From the NCBI GenBank assembly GCA_030390025.1, contig JASTWF010000341.1:1-64000 (forward strand): a stretch of 64,000 nt of DNA, given 5' to 3'. The translations under genes and the position numbers were made by a program. The notes beneath the pieces are model-generated. The model was not told the origin of the DNA, did not search any database, and was given only the letters and a program-made list of their open reading frames with translations. Positions within the stretch are counted from its first letter, which is position 1, and every line of letters begins with the position of its first letter. Below are positions 38,410 to 50,129 of the stretch, piece by piece. Source of the stretch: Squalus acanthias. Taxonomy: Eukaryota.

Positions 38410-38790
38410 ATTTGCGAGATTATATCTGGTGTGGAACTAAATCATACAGACCAAGAAGATCACGCTTTCGATTCCTGGTCTGTGCTGATTGAGCTGATCT
38501 CAGCTGTGATGGCAATAGGGGTATTTTAATTGGTCTCAATGCCCCTAGGCTACAGAGCTGAAAAATCAGCCAGGGGTCCCACTCCTGATTATCATTCAAT
38601 GACCCCCTGCTGGAATAGTGCACTTGTGTGGACGTCAAGTGAGCGCAGGATTGGGATCAGCTGTGACGCCCCCTAAAGCTCAATAGCTTACCAACATTCA
38701 CTGTCTAGGCTAACACTTGGCCAATGCTATTTGGGCAGCGTGCTTGAGGGTGGCCGGCACACATGAAATCGTGCGCTGACAGAAGTGACC
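38410..38790 (+). mobile_element. Ancient tRNA-derived SINE, family unassigned
   Basis: B-box-like TTCGATTCC, body GTGCTGATTGAGCTGATCTCAGC...AAAATCAGCCAGGGGTCCCACTCCTGAT; related degenerate pieces at ~14090-14250(-), 32120(+), 35190-35320(-), 59470(+), 61340(+), 61780-62060(-). Confidence 0.55.
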
Positions 38791-39442
38791 TCCTTCAATA
38801 GAGGAGGGAACAAAGATAACAAAGAGTATACCATACAGGGTAGATTCCTTGAGAACTTGCTGGAGGGGATATTGCCAATCTTGATCTGAAAAACCGATGA
38901 CCACTGTCACAACTTGTGATGATCCCTGGTCATCACAAGAGATCAAGAGCAAAATTAGTTAATGCAAAGTGACCATAGTTTTTATTATAGGTTTATTATA
39001 CTTAAGTAAGTTTAATGTGACTGTGTTTTATTCTTGTATTATTTTCACTCCATCTTAATCATGATACCATTTCCCTATACTTTAGGGAATTGGAAACAAC
39101 ATCCATTTTTAAATCAACTGCTTACGTGTCCCATTTTATTTTACTGTATGATCTCTGTGGGTGGCACAGGGAAGAAACATCAGTGCCATAGAATATAGAG
39201 AGCTACTGCAAGTGATTAGGCTTTTTGAATATATCTAACTGGAAAAGTCAAATTCACATCTTTCTTTAATATTTAATAATTGAGTTTAGGAACAAACAAA
39301 CTGGCAGGGCCAAACAGTTTTAAGATAATTGTGACAAAACAATCCAGGAAAATATGGATTCCTAAAATATCACTATTAACCACATATTCTGATGCCATTT
39401 CCCCCTAAACAATTATTGCATGGTAAAAAACATACATTATCA

Positions 39443-39573
39443 CTGGGAATTTCCTCAGGGCCATCTCCAGCTCAACCATTGTAACTTCAGTAGAAAGCAT
39501 GATTACAAGCGCAAACAAGGTTTCCACTGAAGTTACGGCTGCAAAGCAGAAGATTGTGAGGAAATTCACCCCC
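39443..39573. mobile_element. Short hairpin MITE
   Basis: Nested inverted repeats GAATTTCCTCA/TGAGGAAATTC and GTAACTTCAGT.GAAA/TTTC.ACTGAAGTTAC. Confidence 0.65.
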
Positions 39574-39894
39574 TATGAATCTCCAGTAAAAGAGTTAGGG
39601 CGCACTTATACTGTCACATTCGCACTGATGAGAGAAAGTTATGTTTGCACGACAACACAAAAAGGACAGTATAACTCAGAAGCCTACTGATTGCACTAAA
39701 ACTCTGAGGCTTGAGACCTAAGGAGATCTCCTTACAATGGCTTGAGTTCACACCAAGTGCAAGATAATAACAGCCTAAACGTATCCAGTGATACAGCTTT
39801 TGTAAAATTTATTTATTTATTTGGGAAGTATTCGAACTGGTTTTATGCTTTTAAAAATATTTCAGTTACATAATTTATTTCTTTTATCATTTGT

Positions 39895-40130
39895 AGTATC
39901 ATAGAATTTTACAGCTCGAAAACCGGCCATTCACCCCATGGAGTCAGCACCAGTGTTATTTTCCAGGAGCCCCTCGTCTAATCTCTCCGGCCTACTCTTC
40001 AATTTTTCTCTCTTTCAGGCAATTATTCAACACCCTTCTGAAAGTACTCACACACTCTGCTTCAACAATGGTTTTTGGCAGAGGATTCCACATTCTACTC
40101 ACCCTCTGCATTAACAATTTTTTCTAACCA
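39895..40130 (-). mobile_element. Old CR1 3' end
   Basis: ATCATAGAATTTTACAGC..GGCCATTCA...GGCAGAGGATTCCACATTCTACTCACCCTCTG. Confidence 0.55.
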
Positions 40131-40844
40131 ATTAAAGTGAGGCAGGAAAGTGCTGAGAAATGAAATAGTTTTCCACTCTGCACCCACTGCTATTGCCAAA
40201 CACTCTCAGCTCAGGTATCACATTTGTCAGTTTTGATGTAGGGCTTCTCTGATGTTCTCTGCAAAAACACCAATCACATCCTCAGAACAGCATCCTGAAC
40301 TCTACCAGTAGACATTAGATTCACCCAAGTGTTCAAATGGGAACCCATCTAATGCCCCACTGCAGAATGTGCATCAATTAGAGCCAAGACTGAACACACG
40401 TTTTGTGGGAGCTCATGACGGTTATAAATAGAATTAAAGGAGGTGCCCCATTTAATATGGGTCAAAACTTGCAAACTTTTCCTTTTGCACTTACCTGCAT
40501 GTAGTTTAAGAAAAAGTGTAGTCTGACTTGATTCCCCGACCGGTCAGCAGGAGTAAACATGAGAGTCACTCTCCCTTCAGGCCACAGTTCTCTGAAGACA
40601 AGATGCATCGACTCCACATGGCCCTCTATCAAGTGATTAGGTAAAAATTAACTATCTAACTGAGCTGGCCAAACTACAGAACGTTAAAGCTTCTAGTCAG
40701 GACACAACCTCAGAGGCCACTTCACTGACTTCCTTTACATTAAGTATATGTTCAGAGTCCAACTGGAAATTCTTTACAATTTGATGTGATCTAAAGATCA
40801 AGTTCAGTAATGATAATGGTCCAAGCACATTTATGTTTAAATAA

Positions 40845-41670
40845 AATGACACTAAGTTAGGAGGCACAGTAAGTTGTGCAGATAAGAGCAGGAAGTTACA
40901 AAGGGACAGAGACAGATTAAGTGAGTGGGCAAAGCTATGGGAAATGGAGTTCAATGTGGGGAAGTGTAAGGTCATCTACTTTGGATCCATGAAATACAAA
41001 TCAGAATATTTTCTTATTTGCGTGATTTGAGTGTCCATATATCGAAATCACTAAAAGCTAGTGGACAGGTACAAAAAGGCTAATGGAATGTTGGCCTTTA
41101 TCTCAAAGGGGCTGGAAGACAAAAGTGAGGAAGTGATGCTCCAGTTGTACAGAGCCTTGGTCAGATTCCATCTGGGGTACTGTGTTCAGTTTTGAGCCTT
41201 AGAACCTCAGGAAGGATAAACTGGCCTTGAAGGGGGTGCAGTACAGATTCACCAGAATGATACCAGGGCTTAAAGGGTTAGATTATGAGGACAGGTTGTA
41301 TAAACATGGTTTAGAAGGTTGCGGGGTGATCTAATTGGGGTATTGGGATTCAATAGTGTAGCTACAGCGAAATGTTTCCTCTGGAACAAAAGAACATAAT
41401 CTTAAAATTAGAGCTGGGCATTTAGGAGTAAAATCAGGAAGCACTTTTTCACACAAAGGGTAGTGAAAATCTGGAACTCACCACCCCAAAAATCTATGGA
41501 TGCTAGGTCAATTGAAATGTTCAAGACTTAGATTGAAATTTTTTTGTTGGGATGGGTATCGGAGAATATGGAACGAAGGCGTGTAAATGAAGTTGATGTA
41601 TAGATCAGCCATGATCTAACTGAATGGTGGAATAGACTCGAGGGGCTGAATGGCCTACTCCTGTTCCTAT
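40845..41670 (+). mobile_element. Degenerate CR1 3' part
   Basis: DDTKLGG...RLSEWA..W.MEFNVGKCKVI.FG and later CR1 motifs with many indels; tail GAGGGGCTGAATGGCCTACTCCTGTTCCTAT. Confidence 0.85.
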
Positions 41671-42663
41671 TTAGCACACACTGAACTTAGCACACTGAGA
41701 ACACTGGTAATTTTGATTATTTTATAAAGAATACATTTCTAGTGGATTGGTATGTTACTATTAAAATTGACGATGGATGTATTGGAGGGTAAGTCTCGGG
41801 TTGCAATTACAATTCATTCCAATTATCTCAGGAATTTAATAGCACAAGATAGTGTGTCACGTACCAGCAAGTGTATAATTTATCATTTGTTGGTTTTTCT
41901 TCATGTGGTCTTGCGGTATTCCGATGTATAATCTTGTTGTATACATTTCCCAATGGTGCAACAAAACGTTCAGCAAATGCTGACTAGAACAAACTAAAAA
42001 GCAGTGCTATTGACAATCCGTCAGCTCTGCAGTAATGAACACTCTGCCTGTACTTTCACCTTATAAACTAACAGCTCTAAATTACGATATGGCAGAAGAG
42101 GGACCAGTTGCCACATTTATTACACCATCAATGCTGTTCCAAATGGAGTAATTGGAAGGTCAACAGGCAAGTCTGTGGATCTTGAATGTAAGAACAAGAT
42201 TTGAGGGCTGGGTCCTGTACTTGCAGCACTGCAGCTTATAGAAGTGACAAATTTAGTTTTGCTCAGTTATAAGTAACAGTTTTGTACTCAGAACCACTTT
42301 GGATTATACTTCAGTTCTTTGCCTCATCCTTCATTTAAAGTGCTATATACAGTGAGTTATCAAACTTCTCTTTTTCTTATTCATCAAGAAATAATAAAGT
42401 TTTAATCTCATGACCACTTTTCAAAATGATATTAATGAAGCTTTTGGTGCAATTTAACACTCTCAAAGTGAGGGCTTCCACCTTGATTGGAAGTATATTT
42501 TGGGAGTGTAAATCCATATTCAGCTTTATGTCCTCCCTAACAATGCCAACACTTAGCTTTCCCTGAAGCTTGAAGTGTGTGAGTGAAGTGCCCGGGAATT
42601 AGAGGAAATTCAATTTATATTTTATAAAAATATAGACAGGAAACAAAGCAATTTAAACATAGC

Positions 42664-43509
42664 GGCCAAGTGTTTCCGCTTTGGGCACAATCAGCGATCT
42701 GGGCACAAATTGCACTCAAAATTGCGCTAATTTTAAGAAGTTTTTTTTGCTCAACTTTCCCCTCAAACTCATTTGCATATCAGCGAACGTAAAATCTTCC
42801 ATGAACCAGTACAATCAGGCAGCATTTTAGAACAATGTTTTTTAATATGTTTGCATTAAAAAATATTCCTTGATATATTTAAGATACATTTATATACCTG
42901 GTGCAGTTTTCTTAATATAGCTACATTACAACAATGACTACACTCCAAAAAGTACTTCATTGGCTGTAAAGCGCTTTGAGACGTCTGGTGGTTGTGAAAG
43001 GCGCTATAGAAATGCAAGTCTTTCTTTCTTTTGTAATTGAAAATGGGTTTATCACAAAAAATATTTTAATCAGAGTGTCTAGTCCATCACCTGTGAGTAA
43101 TTCAATTTCGAAAAACTGAAAGTGACTTTAAAAGACTATACAGAACCATTTACTAGTTACATTTGTATACAGTAGTGAGTTTCTTAGTAAACTAAAAAAA
43201 ATTAAAGCTTGTAAAACGTGCCTATTAGTGTCTTTGCACCTAAAAAACTTAATTTTAAGAGCCTTCTCAAAGGCCCGCAAACGGGCGCAATTAGCGGAAA
43301 CTTGCTATGGTGATTAATTCAATCTGGGGGTGTGGTCAGTTTTGTGGGTGGAGCCAGTTTCTAATGTGATTTCTTTTTTAAACTAGCGCAAAAGATCGCG
43401 GAAACTCGAATTGCATGAGACGTAATTTGCACTTGAAATTCCTCGATCTTTTGCGCTGGTTTGGCCGAATTGCGCTGGAACCAGCGCAGCCTAGCGGAAA
43501 CTTCAAGCC
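42664..43509. mobile_element. PIF/Harbinger-type MITE (family B)
   Basis: TIRs GGCCAAGTGTTTCCGCT / GGCTTGAAGTTTCCGCT (rc); AGC TSD (42661-42663, 43510-43512); homologous to 13231-13965. Confidence 0.8.
42920..43032 (+). mobile_element. DeuSINE/L2-type 3' tail inserted in the MITE
   Basis: CTACATTACAAC..TGACTACACT..AAAAGTACTTCATTGGCTGTAAAGCGCTTTG...GGCGCTATAGAAATGCAAGTC(TTTC)n; absent from the sister copy at ~13465. Confidence 0.75.
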
Positions 43510-43620
43510 AGCATGTCAATAAACTAACTTCTTATCAGGGTAAGAGGTATTCATTGAACCATAAAATAGATTGCAGAAGGGGGGTTTCAAAACAGCTCTA
43601 ATATTACAAAACAACTTAAT

Positions 43621-44149
43621 GGCCCGGAATTTGCAGTTGTAATGACGGCGAAACTGTCAGTGTCGCCGTCATTACTGTATAAAAATGACAGCAACTTCTG
43701 GCGTCCGCACATGCACAGTTAAATGCGGAAATCCGGAAGTTGCTGTCAGTGATACCCTGCTCCTCCACAGGGTGTGCTGTTTCAGTCTTTGCAGCTACAA
43801 TCAATGCAGAATCGGTGATTTGACGTGAACACAAACAGCATGATTTTTAAAATTAATTTTTATTTTATGTTTTACAGTTTGTTTATGATATTTCAGATTC
43901 TCCCTGAATCCCATATGTATGTCCCAATCTTTATTTCCCTTTCTTTACAATGATTAAAATGTGAATTATAATCCCTGCTTTGCTGTCTGTGAGAATTCTT
44001 CAAACTGATTGGCTGATCAGACTGCTTGCTGCCTGCACTGTTGCTGGATGCCACAGATAGCACCAAATTCAAAGTCACCTCGGAATAGGGGAAATTCACA
44101 TTCTAGCGCCGAGTGCCGTCCCTTCACCGCTGACTGCAAAATCTGGGCC
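43621..44149. mobile_element. PIF/Harbinger-type MITE
   Basis: TIRs GGCCCGGAATTTGCAGT / GGCCCAGATTTTGCAGT (rc); flanks AAT/ATT; subterminal hairpin GTAATGACGGCGA..TCGCCGTCATTAC. Confidence 0.8.
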
Positions 44150-44439
44150 ATTGTATCTTTTAAATGTTGTCTGATTTCACTGATAACACTTTCATGCCCT
44201 TTGATTTCAAATGTTAAAATGTTTTGAATACTACAAGGAGGTGAAGATATGACAAAAATAGTTTTGGAATTTTATAATTGTCAAAGCTCCTTTCCATAGG
44301 CTAATACAAACAATAGTGAATTAACATGCAACACATCATTCCTGAGCCAAATAAAGAGAGTGAGGCTTTGTGTGAATAAGATGTGGTTATGACAACAAGG
44401 TGCAGGCATGGAACTGCTGCCTTTCTACACATGACTCAC

Positions 44440-44450
44440 GTAGAGATGAT
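44440..44450 (-). other. Candidate 11-nt microexon of an unidentified minus-strand host transcript
   Basis: Minus strand: ACTAAC branch point, TATTGCTCTCTTCCCCACTG-TGC-ATTCTGTAAG|ATCATCTCTAC|GTGAGT; TGCATG ~110 nt downstream. Confidence 0.4.
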
Positions 44451-44789
44451 CTTACAGAATGCACAGTGGGGAAGAGAGCAATAGTTAGTTCCATAAGCAA
44501 ATTAATAAAAAGAATCTCTTGCTCATACCTTAATATCTTTACATTTTTATTTAAATGGTTTTTCACTATAGGAACCATCAAGCAGTAAGTGTGCTTTAAT
44601 ATGCCTCACCAGGCCTTTGACGTTTTCATCCGTCTCTGGCATCATGAATCACAGGAAACAACAGTACATCTTGGCTACTATCTTTTCACTAAAAAACTTG
44701 TTCAATTACCATTTTAATGCATTAATAATTCTATATAACCTTTTGCTATTCATTAAAATAAAACCACTTTCTGCTTTTGCAACACATCA

Positions 44790-46390
44790 TATGCTCCAGG
44801 TAATGTTACACCCCTATTCAAAAAAGGGGAGAGGGATAAACCTGGTAACTACAGCCCAGTCAGTCTAACATCAGTGGAGGAAAACTACTTAACATAAGAA
44901 TGTAAGAAATAGGAGCAGGAGTAGGCCATTTGGCCCTTTGGGCCTGCTCCGCTATTCAGTAAGATCATGGCTGATCTTCTACCTCATCTCCACTTTCCTG
45001 AACTATCCCCATATCCCTTAATATTCAAAAATCTATCGATCTCTGTTTTGAATATACTCAACAACTGAACCTCCACAGCCCTCTGGGGTAGAGAATTCCA
45101 AAGATTCACCACCCACTGAGTGAAGAAATTTCTCCTCATCTCAGTCCTAAATGGCCGACCCCTTATTCTGAGACTGTGACCCCTGGTTCTAGACTCCCCA
45201 GCCAGGGGAAATATCCTCCCTGTCAAGCTCTGTAAGAATTTTGTATGTTTCAATGAGATCACCTCTCATTCTTCTAAACTCTAGAGAATATAGGCCTAGT
45301 CTACTCAATCTCTCCTCATAGGACAATCCCCCATCCCAGGAATCAGTCTGGTGAACCTTCATTGCATTCCCTCTATGGCAAGTATATCCTTCCTTAGGTA
45401 AGGAGACTAAAACTGTACACAATACTCCAGGTGTGGTCTCACCAGGGCCCTATATAATTGCAGTAAGACGTCTTTACACTTAAACTCAAATCCTCTTATA
45501 ATAAAGGCCAACATACCATTTGCTTTCCTAATTGCATGCTGTACCTGCATGTTAACTTTCAGTGATTCGTGTACAAGGACACCCAGGTCACTCTGAACAC
45601 CAACATTTCCCAATCTCTCACCATTTAAAAAATACTCTGCTTTTCTCTTTTTCCTACCAAAGTGGATAACTTCACATTTCTCCACATTATATTCCATTTG
45701 CCATGTTCTTGCCCACTCACTTAGCCTGTCTATATCCCCTTGAAGCCTCCTTGCATCCTCCTCACAACTTACATTCCCACCCAGCTTTGTATCATCAGCA
45801 AACTTGGATATATTACATTTGGTCCCCTCATCCATTGGAGACCATTGTCAAGGACAAAATTAATTCCCACTTGGAGAAGCATTTATTTCACAGATTTGTA
45901 AAAGGCAAATCGTATCTGACTAACTTGATTGAGTTATTTGATGAAGTAACAGAGAGAGTTGATGAAGGTAGCGCAGTAGATATTGTATATATGGACTTTC
46001 AAAAGACATCTGATAAAGTATCACATAACAGACTTATTCGGAAAATAGAAGCACATGGGATTAAAGGGGAGCTTAATAGAGGTATTCAAAATAATGAGGC
46101 ATTTTGATGGAGTAGATAAGGAGAAATTGTTTCCTCCGGCAAGTGGGTCAGTAACCAGAGGTCATAGATTTAAAATACTTGGCAAGAGAACGAGAGGGGA
46201 AATGTGGATACATTTTTTCACACAGATGGTTGTTAAGATCTGGAACACACTACCAAAAAGTGTAATGGAAGCAGATTGCATAGGAACTTTCAAAAGGTAA
46301 TTGGGCATGTACTTTAAGGGGACTAATTTGTAAGGTTATGGGGAAAAAGCTGGGGTGCGAGACTAAATTGGACAGCTCTTTCAAAGAGCT
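44790..46390 (+). mobile_element. Older CR1 (plus strand), internally deleted and split by a minus-strand CR1
   Basis: NVTPLFKKGERDKPGNYSPVSLTSV (44791-44890) resumes as ETIVKDKINSHLEK...YMDFQKTSDKV (45836 on), then jumps to the C-terminus at ~46070. Confidence 0.85.
44891..45834 (-). mobile_element. 5'-truncated CR1
   Basis: ORFs 45407-45835 (KFADDTKLGG) and 44984-45262; highly similar to 26374-27200. Confidence 0.92.
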
Positions 46391-46397
46391 TTCCAAA

Positions 46398-46522
46398 GAG
46401 TTTCGGGTCGAACCCTGAAACGTTGACTCTGTTTCTCCTCTCTTCGATGCTGCCTGACCTGCTGAGTGTTTCCAGCTCTTTCTGTTGTTATTTCAGATTT
46501 CCAGCATCCACAGTATTTTGCT
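46398..46522 (+). mobile_element. Penelope-like terminal-repeat remnant
   Basis: CCCTGAAACGTTGACTCTGTTTCT...GATGCTGCCTGACCTGCTGAGT...TTTCAGATTTCCAGCATC; near duplicate at 53878-54012. Confidence 0.55.
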
Positions 46523-47544
46523 ATTGGATCATAAACTAAACATTGATTTTTAGCAGAACACCCAAGTGAGGACCCTTGTGACTATTTATGTGGCAGCTTT
46601 CTCTTATGCGTGCTTCTACGTGGTGCTGTAAAGGAATGAGCCATATTTCAGAAAAATACACCATCCTATGAACAGAATTCAGACTTTATTAAAACATGAC
46701 AAACTGGGTTTAAAAATCTGAAAGCCTCAACAACATAAGCTGTGAATACAGGCTTCTGAGATAAGATGAAGTGTTAACACAAAGCTGTAAACACCATACA
46801 AGCTTTTGAAATGGGAAATGATTGTAAATACTAAGACAATGGCCTCATTGAAACAGAGGGTTGTAGGTTCCAAGGAGTCTGCAGTTTGGAAGCAACACAA
46901 TAGCTATACCCAGTTTAAAGTGTTAAAAACAAACACGTTGAACAGAAACACAGAACATTAAAAAACCATGTGTCTTTGTAAAAGTAACATCAAATGAAAC
47001 AGGAAACACGATTATATATACAACCAATTGAAGTAGCTAAGAAATGCAAAGAACACCCTAGATGAAGTGTTTTTAATTTACATGTTGTAAAAGATACCTA
47101 CAGAAGACTTTGAAAATATTAGATCAATAGATGACACCAAGCAATCACATTGTGTTTGTATTGAAAATGGAATAGTTAGGAGACACGACATCTGCTAATA
47201 ACCAGTTCAGCCAATATTAAGAATTGAATGGAAGACCTTCGATAAGAATGGCATCAAAGAGATAAATCTGTTGTAATCATATTTTATGCTAAGTTTTTGA
47301 AACACCTATACAGCAGACAGAATTCTGCAAGCTAACAGCTGAATTAACAGTAAGAATAGAAAGTCAACAGAGGTATGGCTAGAGATAATTAGCTTACATC
47401 AGCAGAAAACTTCAAAGAATAAACCACTAAAAAAAAAAGGTACAAAAATAGAGCTTTTCAGATAGAAAGTCAGAAGTCGCTGGAAAGGCAAGCGATTCTC
47501 AACTTCAGAGGCAGGCTCTGTAAGTTCTTTAACCCTTTGAGTCT

Positions 47545-48905
47545 CGGGTAATCAAGGTATCGAGCACTTAGCAAATGGGGACAGGATAGGACAGAGTCAA
47601 CATGGATTTACAAAGGGTAAATCGTGCTTGACTAATCTATTGGAATTTTTTGAGGGAGTAACTGGTAAAATAGATGGGGGAGAGCCAGTAGATGTGGTGT
47701 ACCTGGACTTCCAAAAGGCCTTCGATAAGGTCCCACATAAAAGATTAGCATGGAAAATTGAAGCTCATGGGATAAAGGGGAAAGTATTGACGTGGATAGA
47801 GAACTGGCTGTCAGATAGAAAACAGAGAGTTGGAATAAACGGCTCATTTTCTGAATGGCAGGCAGTAACAAGTGGGGTACCACAGGGATCTGTCCTGGGT
47901 CCCCAGCTGTTCACAATTTATATTAATGACCTGGATCAGGGAGTCGAATGCAGCATTTCCAAATTTGCAGACGACACTAAACTAGGAGGGGGGGTGGGCT
48001 CAGAGGAGGAGACCAGGAAGCTCCAGAGCGATTTGGACAGACTGGGTGATTGGGCGGATAAATGGCAGATGCACTATAATGTGGACAAGTGCGAAGTTAT
48101 CCACCTTGGGTGCAGGAACGGGAGGGCAAATTATTATTTAAATGGCAATAAATTGGGAGAGGGGGAAGTACAGAGAGACCTGGGTGTTCTTGTACACCAG
48201 TCACTGAAGGCGAGCATGCAGGTGCAACAGGCGGTCAAGAAGGCAAACGGTATGCTGGCCTTCATAGCAAAAGGGTTGGAATACAGGAACAGGGATACCT
48301 TGCTGCAGCTGTACAGGGCACTGGTGAGACCACACCTCGAGTACTGTGTACAGTTTTGGTCGCCTCATCTGAGGAAAGATGTTCTTGCCATGGAGGGGGT
48401 GCAGCGGCGATTCACCAGGCTGATACCAGGAATGGCGGGATTGACCTATGAGGAGAGACTATGTAGTTTAGGGATGTACACACTGGAGTTTAGAAGATTG
48501 AGAGGGGACCTCATAGAAGTGTATAAAATTCTGACAGGTCTAGACAGATTAGATGCAGAAGGAATGTTTCCCTTGGCGGGTGAGAACAGAACTAGAGGAC
48601 ATAATTTAAGGATAAGGGCTAAACCATTTAGGACAGAAATGAGGGGGAATTTCTTCACTCAGAGAGTGGTGAACCTGTGGAACTCATTGCCACAGAGGGC
48701 AGTGTACGCCAGCTCATTAAATATATTTAAGAGGGAATTAGATATATTTCTACAGGCAAAAGGGGTTAAGGGTTACGGAGAGAAGGCGGGGACGGGATAC
48801 TGAATTGAAGGATCAGCCATGATCTCATTAAATGGCGGAGCAGGCTCGAAGGGCCGGATGGCCTACTCCTGCTCCTATCTTCTATGTATCTATGTATCTA
48901 TGTAT
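47545..48905 (+). mobile_element. Young 5'-truncated CR1 with uninterrupted RT/C-terminal frame
   Basis: ORF 47628-48803 (391 aa: YLDFQKAFDKV, GVPQGSVLGP, KFADDTK, LVRPHLEYC) with no stops; (CTATGTAT)n tail. Confidence 0.95.
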
Positions 48906-49423
48906 TTGATTTTGGTGGATATTCTGGATTAAGAATAAGCAGAAGTGTGGAAATGTAACGAAGTTAAGATTTGAGAATAAGGATCTCTGATAAGAAATGT
49001 AAGCTATTTGTATTTTGAACTGTTAAAGTTGCGATTGAATCAACAGCTGTTAGCTGAATGTTGGTTCTTTAATAAATCTATATATTTTTAGAATTGTCTC
49101 ACAGAGTAATTTTGTATCAACCTCGCAAACTCAATTTCTGCACACTCTTTTGTAAGGAGTTGCAGAATTCTGGGGGGGGTTTCTGGACCCTCATAATATC
49201 TGGAAGGTTACAGTCTAGTTAAACTTGTTAAAAGTGCTATCTGAAGGACGGTAACATCTTCAAGCCATTCCTTTCCTTTAGGGAGAGGTAGTCTGACCTT
49301 TAGACCCAATTAAGCATCTCTAGGATTCGGCTACCGCTAACTTTAGTTGAAGGTGAACGTCTGGGGAATACGCCTGATCTGGGGTAGCCCGAAAAGGGCT
49401 AGGACTAGTAATTATCCCTTCAG

Positions 49424-50100
49424 TGCTACCCCTGTGGCTTCAGCAAATGTAGAGGCAGCCTGCTCAATTTCCCTGCTTCACCTGCTTAGACGCCTTTGGC
49501 AGTCGTCCTCTGGGTTTTGGAGCCTGTGAGGGCCCCAACAAAGTCTGCTCCTCCAGCGGCTGTCCAGGGGCAGACTCGGCCATCACTGTTGGCAGAGGCA
49601 TCTGGGGTCTGACTGAGGGGTTGACAAGGGGATGGCAGTTTGAGCGCTTGGAGAGGAGCCCCCACTTGCATGTCCCCTCCCACCATCATCCCTTTCATGG
49701 GCCACCCGCACTTCTCTGCTAGCAAGTAGCTGGAGAGCACCTTGCTGCACATCAGTGGGGCCATGAGGACCCGTGTCTGTACTGACATCCCTCATAACGG
49801 GGACGTCCATGAACCTCTGGTTCCTCTCCGTGATAGATGCCCATCTGTCCTCCATAGCTGACCATCTATTTAGAAGTGTTACCATGTTGTTCTGAGTCTA
49901 GCGATTTATGTCCTCCATGGAGGTTGCCATCCTTTCCATGGCGGCACCTACATTTGCCATTGCGTGCGCCATGGCGTTGCTCATGCTTAAGATGGACTCC
50001 TCCATTCTCTACACATTTGCAGTTACCATGGTTGCAATCTTCCATTCACCTCCAGGCTCCACTACTCCAACATTCTCATCAGCCTTCTGGATCTCACCCT
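49424..50100 (-). pseudogene. Second fragment of the Harbinger Myb-like gene (last exon only)
   Basis: 49424-49762 aligns with 29000-29335 (GGGCCACCCGCACTTC..CTAGCAAG.AGCTGGAGAGCACCTTGCTGCACATCAGTGGGGC); reads GPSQAPKPRGRLPKAS. Confidence 0.75.
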
Positions 50101-50129
50101 GCATAAAGTACAATTTGTCCAAAATTCCA

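Noticed and set aside
44572..44584. Plus-strand 13-nt microexon (CTATAG|GAACCATCAAGCA|GTAAGT)
   Set aside because: Lacks the branch point/UGC context of the minus-strand candidates it lies between; probably coincidental, though not excluded.
47628..48803. Functional host reverse-transcriptase gene
   Set aside because: 5'-truncated CR1 ORF2 with no endonuclease and a TTG start call; the open frame reflects youth.
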